Shown here piece after piece: positions 37,097 through 44,359 of a DNA stretch of 44,359 bases. The DNA is from an uncultured Spirochaetaceae bacterium (GTDB lineage: Bacteria; Spirochaetota; Spirochaetia; Treponematales; Treponemataceae). The stretch's first letter is position 1; each line of letters starts with the position of its first letter. Position numbers and translations under genes: made by a program. The stretch is from the NCBI GenBank assembly GCA_902803735.1, contig CADCRJ010000114.1:1-44359 (forward strand), read 5' to 3'. The notes under the pieces were generated by a model, which made no database searches, had not been told where the DNA came from, and worked only from the letters and a program-made list of their open reading frames with translations.

Positions 37097-37753
37097 ATGT
37101 TTACGGGAATTGTGGAAGATATTGGCGAAATCGGCTCAATCGAACAAAACGGCAGCTCTTTGGTTTTGCATATAAAAGCAAAGTTTGCGTCTGAGCTATC
37201 CCTTGGCGAAAGCGTGGCTGTGAACGGGATTTGCCTCACGGTTACAAAGCACGACGACGCGAGTTTTTGCGCGGACGTTACGCCCGAAACTTTCCGACGC
37301 ACGTCGCTCTCGCTGCTTTCAGCTGGCTCTCCCGTTAACCTTGAGCGCGCAATGCGGGCAGACGGCAGGTTCGGCGGGCATATCGTCAGCGGGCACATCG
37401 ACGGCACGGGGCGGCTGACGGCGATTCGGCGGGAGGACAACGCGTACAACGTGTTTTTTCGCGTGGAAAAGTCGCTCGCCCGCTACATCATCGAAAAAGG
37501 CTCGGTTGCGCTGGACGGAATCAGCTTGACGGTGGCGAGCGTGCGCGACGAGGGCAATTACGGCGAGTTCAGCGTGGCTGTGATTCCGCACACTTGGGAG
37601 AACACCGCGCTGAAAAACAAGCGGGTTGGCAGCGTCATAAACGTGGAATGTGATGTGGTCGGCAAGTATATTGAGCATTTTGTGAATCTTGGAAAAGAGG
37701 ATAAATCTCAATCAAACATCGATATGTTAAACTTTCCAAGTTTCCACAACTAA
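37097..37753 (+). CDS. ribE: riboflavin synthase
   Basis: MFTGIVE, GESVAVNGICLTV, VNLERA, GGHIVSGHIDG, KGSVALDGISLTV, IPHT, NVECD. Confidence 0.97.
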   Translation: MFTGIVEDIGEIGSIEQNGSSLVLHIKAKFASELSLGESVAVNGICLTVTKHDDASFCADVTPETFRRTSLSLLSAGSPVNLERAMRADGRFGGHIVSGHIDGTGRLTAIRREDNAYNVFFRVEKSLARYIIEKGSVALDGISLTVASVRDEGNYGEFSVAVIPHTWENTALKNKRVGSVINVECDVVGKYIEHFVNLGKEDKSQSNIDMLNFPSFHN

Positions 37754-37755
37754 AA

Positions 37756-37820
37756 TGTCATTCCGAATTTATTTCGGAATCTAAAAACACAATAGATACT
37801 GAAACGAGTTCTGTATGACA
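37756..37820. repeat. REP-doublet-like cruciform element
   Basis: TGTCATTCCGAATTTATTTCGGAATCTA-N9-TAGATACTGAAACGAGTTCTGTATGACA; arms 21/28 complementary, and each arm is itself a hairpin. Confidence 0.7.
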
Positions 37821-37842
37821 AATTTTTGGAGAAATATTTTTT

Positions 37843-39060
37843 ATGGAAGAGAAAATAAAATTTGATAGCATTGAGCAGGCTTTGGCGGATTTGCGTGCGG
37901 GCAAGCTGATTATGGTTACCGACGACGAGAACCGCGAGAACGAGGGCGATTTGATTTGCGCGGCGGAGTTCGCGACTGGCGAGAACATCAACTTTATGGC
38001 GGTGAACGCGAAAGGCTTGATTTGCACGCCGATTAGCGAGGAGATTGCCGAAAAGTTTGAGCTGTTCCCGATGGTTGCCAAAAACACCGACAATCACGAA
38101 ACGGCGTTCACGGTGTCGATTGACCACGTTTCCACGTCTACAGGCATCAGCGCGTTTGACCGCTCGGCGACGGCGATTGCGCTCACCAAAGACGACACGA
38201 AGCCCTCAGATTTTCGCCGTCCTGGGCATATGTTCCCGCTCATCGCGGTGAAGAATGGCGTGTTTGCGCGGCAGGGGCACACCGAGGCGACTGTGGATTT
38301 GTGCAGGCTTGCGGGCTTGAAGGCGGCTGGCTTGTGCTGCGAGATTATGAGCGCGGACGGGCATATGGCGCGGCTTCCAGAGCTGGACAAAATGCGAAAA
38401 GAATGGGGAATGACGCTCATCACGATTGCCGACCTGATTGCGTGGCGCAAAAAGCACGAGATTTTTATGGAGCGTTCGGCTGTGGCGAATTTGCCGACAA
38501 AATACGGCACTTTCAAGCTCTACGGCTTCCACAACAAGATTACTGACGAACATCACGAAGCTCTTGTTATGGGCGACATTGCGAACGGCGAGCCTGTTCT
38601 TTGCCGCGTTCACAGCGAGTGCCTGACGGGCGACACGTTCGGCTCTCTCAAGTGCGATTGCGGGCAGCAGCTGGAGGCGGCGTTGAAGCGGATTGCAGCG
38701 GAGGGGCGCGGCGTTTTGGTGTATCTTTCGCAAGAGGGGCGCGGAATCGGCATTTTGAACAAAATTAAGGCGTATGCTTTGCAGGACGAAGGAATGGACA
38801 CTGTGGACGCAAACCTTGCGCTGGGGCTGCCTGAGGACGCTCGCGACTATAACTGCGGAATTCAGATTCTCAAGGATTTGGGCGTGAAAAAGCTGAGGCT
38901 TATGACGAACAATCCGCAAAAAATCTATGGGCTTGGTGACAAGGACGTGGGGCTTGATATTGTAGAACGCGTGCCGTTGCAGATGGAAGCGAACGCTGTG
39001 GACAAGAAATATCTTGAAACCAAAGCGATTCGTATGGGTCATATTTTGAACAATATATAG
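37843..39060 (+). CDS. ribBA: bifunctional DHBP synthase / GTP cyclohydrolase II
   Basis: [67 protein letters not shown]. Confidence 0.98.
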   Translation: MEEKIKFDSIEQALADLRAGKLIMVTDDENRENEGDLICAAEFATGENINFMAVNAKGLICTPISEEIAEKFELFPMVAKNTDNHETAFTVSIDHVSTSTGISAFDRSATAIALTKDDTKPSDFRRPGHMFPLIAVKNGVFARQGHTEATVDLCRLAGLKAAGLCCEIMSADGHMARLPELDKMRKEWGMTLITIADLIAWRKKHEIFMERSAVANLPTKYGTFKLYGFHNKITDEHHEALVMGDIANGEPVLCRVHSECLTGDTFGSLKCDCGQQLEAALKRIAAEGRGVLVYLSQEGRGIGILNKIKAYALQDEGMDTVDANLALGLPEDARDYNCGIQILKDLGVKKLRLMTNNPQKIYGLGDKDVGLDIVERVPLQMEANAVDKKYLETKAIRMGHILNNI

Positions 39061-39070
39061 GAGAAATATT

Positions 39071-39553
39071 ATGAATATTATTGAAGGTAAGCTGGTTGCT
39101 TCTGGTCAAGATGGGAAAAAAATGAAGGTGGGCATCGTTGCCGCACGTTTTAATGAATTTATTGTCTCAAAACTCATTGAAGGTGCGAGAGACGGGCTTG
39201 TTCGCCATGATGTACCTGATGAAAACATTGACCTTTGCTGGGTTCCGGGTTCATTTGAAATTCCTGTCGCAGCAAAACACATGGCTGAGACAGGAAAGTA
39301 TGATGTGCTTATTTGTCTTGGTGCTGTTATCAGAGGAGCGACAAGCCACTACGACTATGTTTGTGCGGAGGTTTCTAAAGGCATTGCACAGGTAAGCCTT
39401 AACACAGGACTTCCTGTAATGTTTGGTGTGCTTACGACCGACACGATTCAGCAGGCTGTTGAGCGTGCAGGTACAAAGGCTGGTAACAAAGGATATGATT
39501 GTGCTCTTGGTGCAATCGAGATGGTTAACGCGATAAAAGCAATAAAAGCCTAA
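39071..39553 (+). CDS. ribH: 6,7-dimethyl-8-ribityllumazine synthase
   Basis: [51 protein letters not shown]. Confidence 0.98.
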   Translation: MNIIEGKLVASGQDGKKMKVGIVAARFNEFIVSKLIEGARDGLVRHDVPDENIDLCWVPGSFEIPVAAKHMAETGKYDVLICLGAVIRGATSHYDYVCAEVSKGIAQVSLNTGLPVMFGVLTTDTIQQAVERAGTKAGNKGYDCALGAIEMVNAIKAIKA

Positions 39554-39562
39554 TCATAAATA

Positions 39563-39596
39563 AACCTGTTCAGAACCTAAGGTTTCCGAACAGGTT
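39563..39596. terminator. palindromic repeat/terminator between convergent ribH and membrane-protein genes
   Basis: AACCTGTTC-AGAACCTAAGGTTTCC-GAACAGGTT. Confidence 0.6.
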
Positions 39597-39624
39597 GTTT
39601 ACAAGAGCCTTGTATTTGTGTCGT

Positions 39625-40428
39625 TTATCGCCATGGAAACAAGAAACTGCTGATTTTTCTAGGTCCCAATGACTCTTTGTCATCTGCAAGCAGCTCATCC
39701 CATGGAACCTTAGAGCGTTTTACCCTGCTATTTGCAATTTCAGGATGCTCTTCAATCCAGTCATACTTATAAAGTCTAAGCCTTAAGGCATTCATCGAAG
39801 ATATTGTGATGCCTGAAAATCCTGGCAGAAGAAGAACAAAACAAAGCGACAAAGTGAATAGAAGCACGTTATGAATAAACATTCCAATGGAAAACAAAGG
39901 ATTGTCGAAGAATATTATGAACGACTTTTTGAAACACTTTGAAAAATTATTTGTTTCCTGCAAAAAGTAGAGCGGAATAAACCACTGGAACGCAATTGCA
40001 CAGACAATTACAAACCAGCAGAGAAGCGCAGCAGGCAAGAACCATATAATATTTTGACTTGCTCCGAACATGTTCAGATAATACAAAATACCAAGTTTTG
40101 CAATCAGCAAGCCTGTTGAAATCATAATTCCGAACAGCAGTCCGACTTTCCATGAGTACGAGAAGCACCTGAAAAAAGCTCCGAATGACGGCGTGTCAAA
40201 ATTCGCTATTTTGGCAGCATTTGCTCCAAAAGCAAATACAACCATCATAAGAATTCCTGTAAACAGAATTATTGACAATGCCTGAATCACAAAAGGCTTG
40301 TCCGCTGCATAGCGAATACCAAAAAATCCAGCTGCCACCACTATAATCGGAAACAAATTAGATGCGACGATAAAAAATAAATTATCCCATCCGTCACAAA
40401 AATTCTTCTTTAGAAAAAAAGAAATCAT
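39625..40428 (-). CDS. integral membrane protein (YesL/DUF624-like)
   Basis: GAGGGG SD; WDNLF...SN motif, about 5-6 TM, FKKSFIIFFDNP. Confidence 0.65.
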   Translation of the reverse strand: MISFFLKKNFCDGWDNLFFIVASNLFPIIVVAAGFFGIRYAADKPFVIQALSIILFTGILMMVVFAFGANAAKIANFDTPSFGAFFRCFSYSWKVGLLFGIMISTGLLIAKLGILYYLNMFGASQNIIWFLPAALLCWFVIVCAIAFQWFIPLYFLQETNNFSKCFKKSFIIFFDNPLFSIGMFIHNVLLFTLSLCFVLLLPGFSGITISSMNALRLRLYKYDWIEEHPEIANSRVKRSKVPWDELLADDKESLGPRKISSFLFPWR

Positions 40429-40438
40429 ATTATTCCCT

Positions 40439-42124
40439 CTAGAACAATCCTGTGATTTTTCCGTCATCATCAACGTCAATTGATAATGCTGCAGGAAGTT
40501 TTGGCAAGCCTGGCATAGTCATAATCTCTCCTGCAAGGACGACAATAAATCCTGCTCCTGAATAAAGCTGTACGTCACGAACAGGGAACATATAATCTTT
40601 TGGAGCACCTGCAAGTTTTGGGTCATGGCTTATTGAATTCTGAGTTTTTGCGATGCAGACTGGCAAATCTTTGTAGCCCTGCTCTTCAAATTCCCTGAGT
40701 TTCTTGACAACAGAAGCTGGAAGCTCAATGTCGCGAGCACGGTAAATCTGCCTTGCGATTGTACGGATTTTATCTACTAAAGGTGTTGATGCCTCATACA
40801 GATAGTTGAAATTAGCTTTCTCGGTATTTGTTACTTCTACAACCGTACGAGCAAGGTCGGTCATACCTTCTCCGCCTTTTTCCCATCCCTCGCAAAGAAC
40901 TGCCCTTGCACCCTTGTTCTGGCACAGCTTTTTTAGCAACTCGATTTCTTCCTCTGTGTCTGTTACAAAGCGGTTGATTGCGACAATGCTCGGAACGCCG
41001 AATTTTGCGATATTCTCAATATGAACGGCAAGATTCTCGAATCCCTTTTGAAGAGCTGCGACGCTTGGTGAAGAAAGGTCTGCTTTTGCCATACCGCCGT
41101 GCATTTTCAAAGCTCTTACCGTTGCGACGATGACAACTGCATCAGGAGAGATTCCTGCAGCACGGCACTTTATGTCCATGAATTTTTCTGCACCTAAGTC
41201 TGCCGCAAAGCCAGCTTCTGTAACAACATAGTCACCGCTTGCAAGGGCGCACAATGTTGCATTGACAGAGTTCGTTCCCTGTGCAATATTTGCAAATGGA
41301 CCACCATGTACAAATACAGGGTTTTTCTCAAGAGTCTGAACAACGTTTGGTCTGATTGCGTCTTTTAGCAGAGCAGCGATTGCACCTGTGCATTTTAGCT
41401 CACCAAATTTAACAGGTCTCTTGTCGTAGCTCTGGGCAATTGTTATAGAATCTATGCGGTTTTTCAAATCGCTTATTGAAGTTGAGAGGCATACGATAGC
41501 CATAAGTTCGCTTGCAACTGAGATGCAGAAGTGGTCTTCCCTTGGAACGCCGTTTGTTCGACCGCCAAGACCTATCGTTACGTTTCTTAGAGCACGGTCA
41601 TTCAAGTCTACGACTCTTTTCCATGAGATTGTCCTTGGGTCAATCTGGAGTGGGTTTCCCTGCTGTATATGGTTATCAATAAGGGCAGACATCAAGTTAT
41701 TTGCTATTGATATAGCATGGATGTCACCTGTAAAGTGAAGGTTTATGTCTTCCATAGGAACAATCTGTGCGTAGCCACCGCCACAAGCGCCGCCTTTTAC
41801 GCCAAAGCATGGACCCAATGAAGGCTCCCTGAGTGCTATTACAGATTTCTTTCCAATCTTGCAAAGTCCGTCTCCCAGCCCGATTGAGACTGTGGATTTT
41901 CCTTCTCCTGCAGGAGTTGGTGTTACGGCTGTTGTAAGAATCAATTTTCCTCTCTTTTTGGGGTCTTTTACTTTTTCTTGAAGCTCTCGAAGCTTTTTGA
42001 ATGTAATCTTTGCTTTATAAGGTCCGTACTGTTCCAAATCATCTGCTGTTATTCCAATTTTTTGAGCAACTTCAGTAATCGGAAGCATTTTGTTCTGCTG
42101 TGAGATTTCAATATCAGAAAGCAT
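40439..42124 (-). CDS. fhs: formate--tetrahydrofolate ligase
   Basis: PTPAGEGKST, LREPSLGP, KGGA.GGGY, NLHFTGD, HGGPFANIA, TEAGF.ADLGAEKF, TMPGLP, GKITGLF. Confidence 0.99.
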   Translation of the reverse strand: MLSDIEISQQNKMLPITEVAQKIGITADDLEQYGPYKAKITFKKLRELQEKVKDPKKRGKLILTTAVTPTPAGEGKSTVSIGLGDGLCKIGKKSVIALREPSLGPCFGVKGGACGGGYAQIVPMEDINLHFTGDIHAISIANNLMSALIDNHIQQGNPLQIDPRTISWKRVVDLNDRALRNVTIGLGGRTNGVPREDHFCISVASELMAIVCLSTSISDLKNRIDSITIAQSYDKRPVKFGELKCTGAIAALLKDAIRPNVVQTLEKNPVFVHGGPFANIAQGTNSVNATLCALASGDYVVTEAGFAADLGAEKFMDIKCRAAGISPDAVVIVATVRALKMHGGMAKADLSSPSVAALQKGFENLAVHIENIAKFGVPSIVAINRFVTDTEEEIELLKKLCQNKGARAVLCEGWEKGGEGMTDLARTVVEVTNTEKANFNYLYEASTPLVDKIRTIARQIYRARDIELPASVVKKLREFEEQGYKDLPVCIAKTQNSISHDPKLAGAPKDYMFPVRDVQLYSGAGFIVVLAGEIMTMPGLPKLPAALSIDVDDDGKITGLF

Positions 42125-42308
42125 ATTTTCTCCTGTGGGAATGCAGGAATTCCTGCGTAAAAAGTTTTTTCACTTCATAGCATAAACAAAAATCTTGCGT
42201 TATACAATAAAGGTTTGATACTTGACAAAGATAAAATTAAAACACTGACTTAATGCTGAATAAAAATCTACTATATAACCAGAACGGAATCTGTGTTATA
42301 ATTCGCCT

Positions 42309-42797
42309 ATGACTTATGATGTATCATCTGTGCTTTCATTAATCTCTCGAATTCACTCTGAATTAGCAGCTTTTTTGCAGGAGAGAATGGCAGTGCAGGG
42401 GCTTCCTGCATTGGTGTCTTCGCACGGATTTATTTTATTTTGCTTATCGCGTTTTGGCAGTTTGACTATGGGGGAGCTTTCTGAAAAAATAAATCGCGAT
42501 AAATCAACTACGACTGCTCTTGTAAAAAAATTGGCAGTGTTAGGACTTGTCTCTATTGATAAAAACAACGTGGATTGTCGCTGTAAGATTATAAGCCTTA
42601 CAGAAGCTGGTAAATCCTATACCTGCATAACGGATAAAATTTCCAAGCAATTGCTTGAAACTGCTTGGAAAGGTTTTTCAAACGAAGAAAAAGAGTCTGT
42701 CTTGAATCTGTTGCTTAGAATGAGCAACAATATTGCGAGCGAGCAGGAAAAGGATAAAAAAAGAACCACCTGCCAAGCAGATGGTTCTAGTCTATAG
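42309..42797 (+). CDS. MarR family transcriptional regulator
   Basis: SHGFIL..L...LTMGELSEKINRDKSTTTALVKKL...D.R...ISLTEAG; TG-T-TATAAT 6 nt before the ATG. Confidence 0.9.
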   Translation: MTYDVSSVLSLISRIHSELAAFLQERMAVQGLPALVSSHGFILFCLSRFGSLTMGELSEKINRDKSTTTALVKKLAVLGLVSIDKNNVDCRCKIISLTEAGKSYTCITDKISKQLLETAWKGFSNEEKESVLNLLLRMSNNIASEQEKDKKRTTCQADGSSL

Positions 42798-42801
42798 TAC
42801 C

Positions 42802-43341
42802 TTAGTTGAAATATCTCTTCAGCAAGCCAGCGAATCCAGCTCCGTGGCGAGCCTCGTCTTTTGCCATTTCATGTACGGTGTCATGTATAGCGTCGTATCC
42901 AAGCTCTTTTGCTCTTTTTGCGAGCTGTAGTTTGCCCTCGCATGCTCCTGCTTCAGCAGCGGCTCTAAGCTCAAGATTTTTCTTCGTTGACGGAGTGAGA
43001 ACTTCTCCAAGAAGCTCTGCGAAACGTGACGCATGGTCGGCTTCCTCAAAAGCATAGCGTTTGAACGCCTCGGCAACTTCAGGGTAGCCTTCTCGGTCTG
43101 CTTGTCGAGCCATTGCGAGGTACATACCTACTTCGCTGCACTCGCCGTTGAAATTGTCAACAAGTCCCTGAACAACTTCTGGGTCAAGTCCCTTTGCAAT
43201 TCCTACTTTATGTTCATCAGCAAAACCTGATGATTCCTTTAATTCAGAAAAGGCATTTTTTGCCTTGCACTGTGGGCAGACTTCAGGAGCATTGTCTCCT
43301 GTATGTATATATCCGCAAACTTTGCAAACCCATCTTTTCAT
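42802..43341 (-). CDS. reverse rubrerythrin (N-terminal rubredoxin, C-terminal di-iron domain)
   Basis: [10 protein letters not shown]...CPQC, then [21 protein letters not shown]; AGGGG SD before the ATG at 43341. Confidence 0.93.
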   Translation of the reverse strand: MKRWVCKVCGYIHTGDNAPEVCPQCKAKNAFSELKESSGFADEHKVGIAKGLDPEVVQGLVDNFNGECSEVGMYLAMARQADREGYPEVAEAFKRYAFEEADHASRFAELLGEVLTPSTKKNLELRAAAEAGACEGKLQLAKRAKELGYDAIHDTVHEMAKDEARHGAGFAGLLKRYFN

Positions 43342-43363
43342 ATTGTACCCCTTGTAATTAAAT

Positions 43364-43412
43364 TTGTAATAATTACAATAATGAATATAATACAGATTTT
43401 TGCATTTGTCAA
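43364..43412 (-). promoter_or_regulatory. rubrerythrin promoter with PerR/Fur-type 7-1-7 box
   Basis: TTGACA(43412-43407)-N17-TATATT(43389-43384); TTGTAAT-A-ATTACAA at 43364-43378 over the predicted start site. Confidence 0.7.
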
Positions 43413-43431
43413 TAAAAAAATCAGGAGATTT

Positions 43432-43461
43432 AAAAAAAAGCAGCAAGATTTTTCCTGCTGC
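43432..43461 (-). terminator. intrinsic terminator upstream of the rubrerythrin promoter
   Basis: Minus strand GCAGCAGG-AAAAAT-CTTGCTGC followed by T8. Confidence 0.7.
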
Positions 43462-43586
43462 CATATAATTTCATAAATTTCCGCACAAGAATGTGCGGTA
43501 AATGCGCGGTTAAAGCAAAGAGAGAATCCTAAAATCCAAGGATTGAGCACTTGGATTTTAGTGCTCATTTGGATTTTCGGTTCGGA

Positions 43587-43754
43587 TTATTTTACTTTTC
43601 CATCTTTGTATTTTTCTACAGAAAGGAACTTGCCGTTTGAGCCGATTTTCTTTCCGTCAACGATGACAAAGCCGTCTTTTGTTGAAAGCTCCATTTCCTG
43701 GAATTTCTCGCTCTTGACGAAGCACATTTCTGCATTACTTCGCTCACAATGCTT
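43587..43754 (-). pseudogene. stranded 3' fragment of the gene that ends at 44273
   Basis: Reads ...AEMCFVKSEKFQEMELSTKDGFVIVDGKKIGSNGKFLSVEKYKDGKVK*; 26/28 aa identical to 44273-44359; frame closed upstream by a stop at 43755-43757. Confidence 0.8.
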
Positions 43755-43762
43755 TTATCATT

Positions 43763-44206
43763 CGCATGGCGGGCGCAGACCCGACATCCGGTTTTTGTAT
43801 GTAGAATGTTAGGAAATGGCTAACTTACCCAAGCCGAATAAAGTTCTTTCCATGTTTGAAAATTTTTTAAAAAAATCAGAATAATAGAGACTGCAAACAA
43901 AATAAATGAAATTATTCCTAAAATAATTGTCCTGATTATATTTCCCCTGCCAAACTTCTTTTTTTTAATTTTGGAAAAGATTGCAATTACAGTTTGTATT
44001 ATAAGAGCAATATTGAATAGTATACAAAGCATAATTAATGGAGAATACATAATTATGCTTTGTAACATGGCAGCAACAATAGAACCAATACATAAAACTG
44101 TAGCATATATAACTGCTACAAATAGAAGAAAAAGTACAACCATAAGATTCCCTTGTTTTCTTAGTGCTCCCCAGTGCGGGCGTCCATATAACACCTCTGA
44201 CTCGTG
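43763..44206 (-). mobile_element. possible solitary, degraded integron gene cassette
   Basis: G|TTATATGG at 44192 before the ORF; CCTAAC just after the stop, followed by a GC-rich imperfect stem (CGGATGTCGGG/CCCGCCATGCG) whose outer right arm is missing. Confidence 0.4.
43820..44143 (-). CDS. AT-rich 3-TM hypothetical protein (107 aa), cassette-like
   Basis: AAGGGA SD before the ATG at 44143; three hydrophobic helices; visibly AT-richer than its flanks. Confidence 0.7.
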   Translation of the reverse strand: MVVLFLLFVAVIYATVLCIGSIVAAMLQSIIMYSPLIMLCILFNIALIIQTVIAIFSKIKKKKFGRGNIIRTIILGIISFILFAVSIILIFLKNFQTWKELYSAWVS

Positions 44207-44250
44207 AAAAAAAGAGAAAAAGGCATCTTAAAATGACCTCTTTCTCTTTC
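44207..44250 (-). terminator. terminator after the truncated gene at the window edge
   Basis: Minus strand AAAGAGAAAGAGGTCAT...ATGCCTTTTTCTCTTT followed by a T run. Confidence 0.6.
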
Positions 44251-44272
44251 TGGTGCTCAGTTTTTTTTTGCT

Positions 44273-44359
44273 TTATTTTACTTTGCCGTCCTTGTATTTT
44301 TCGACAGAAAGGAACTTACCGTTTGCTCCGATCTTCTTTCCATCGACTTCAACAAAGCC
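44273..44359 (-). CDS. 3' end of an unidentified gene running off the window
   Basis: Reads GFVEVDGKKIGANGKFLSVEKYKDGKVK*; coding status supported by mostly synonymous divergence from the copy at 43587-43673. Confidence 0.75.
   Translation of the reverse strand, partial: GFVEVDGKKIGANGKFLSVEKYKDGKVK

Noticed and set aside
36262-37449. 395-aa minus-strand ORF
   Set aside because: Antisense shadow of GC-rich ribD/ribE; no recognisable motifs and fully overlapping well-supported genes.
2417-44194. Long N-terminal extensions in the ORF track (recX 3184, TPR 7918, 17444, dksA 22037, 40479, rubrerythrin 43464, 44194)
   Set aside because: They overlap upstream genes or promoter DNA; downstream ATGs fit SD/promoter positions and family N-termini better.
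1-44359. CRISPR array, tRNA/rRNA, prophage, integrase or transposase genes
   Set aside because: No regularly spaced direct repeats, cloverleaf or rRNA signatures, or recombinase/transposase motifs seen by eye.

Overview
This window looks like chromosomal DNA from a spirochaete, most likely a host-associated Treponema (inferred from gene content, protein style and gene order; not verified). Most of it is housekeeping and signalling: recX-rpsI-rplM, a GGDEF/EAL protein, cheB/cheR, pyrG-lptC-lptA-lptB, a two-gene phosphorelay, dksA, infA, a MoxR/DUF58/VWA (Bat-type) operon, rny, ribD-ribE-ribBA-ribH, fhs, a MarR regulator and a reverse rubrerythrin. I saw no tRNA, rRNA, CRISPR array, integrase or transposase. 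The strongest oddities: (1) a full-length CTP synthase whose glutaminase nucleophile Cys is Asp (GIDLG), with several neighbouring glutamine/GTP-site motifs also changed; (2) an AT-rich islet after lptB with an HTH-HipS-like fusion coupled to a HipT/HipA-type kinase, behind a perfect 32-bp palindrome covering an apparently leaderless promoter; (3) at the right end, a diverged duplicate of a gene's 3' end flanking an AT-rich ORF with integron-cassette-like ends; (4) a pseudoREC-STAS-like-REC protein paired with a sensor-less hybrid kinase behind a sigma28-like promoter. There are also several palindromic intergenic repeats and several apparently leaderless genes. All calls come from reading motifs by eye; no searches were run.
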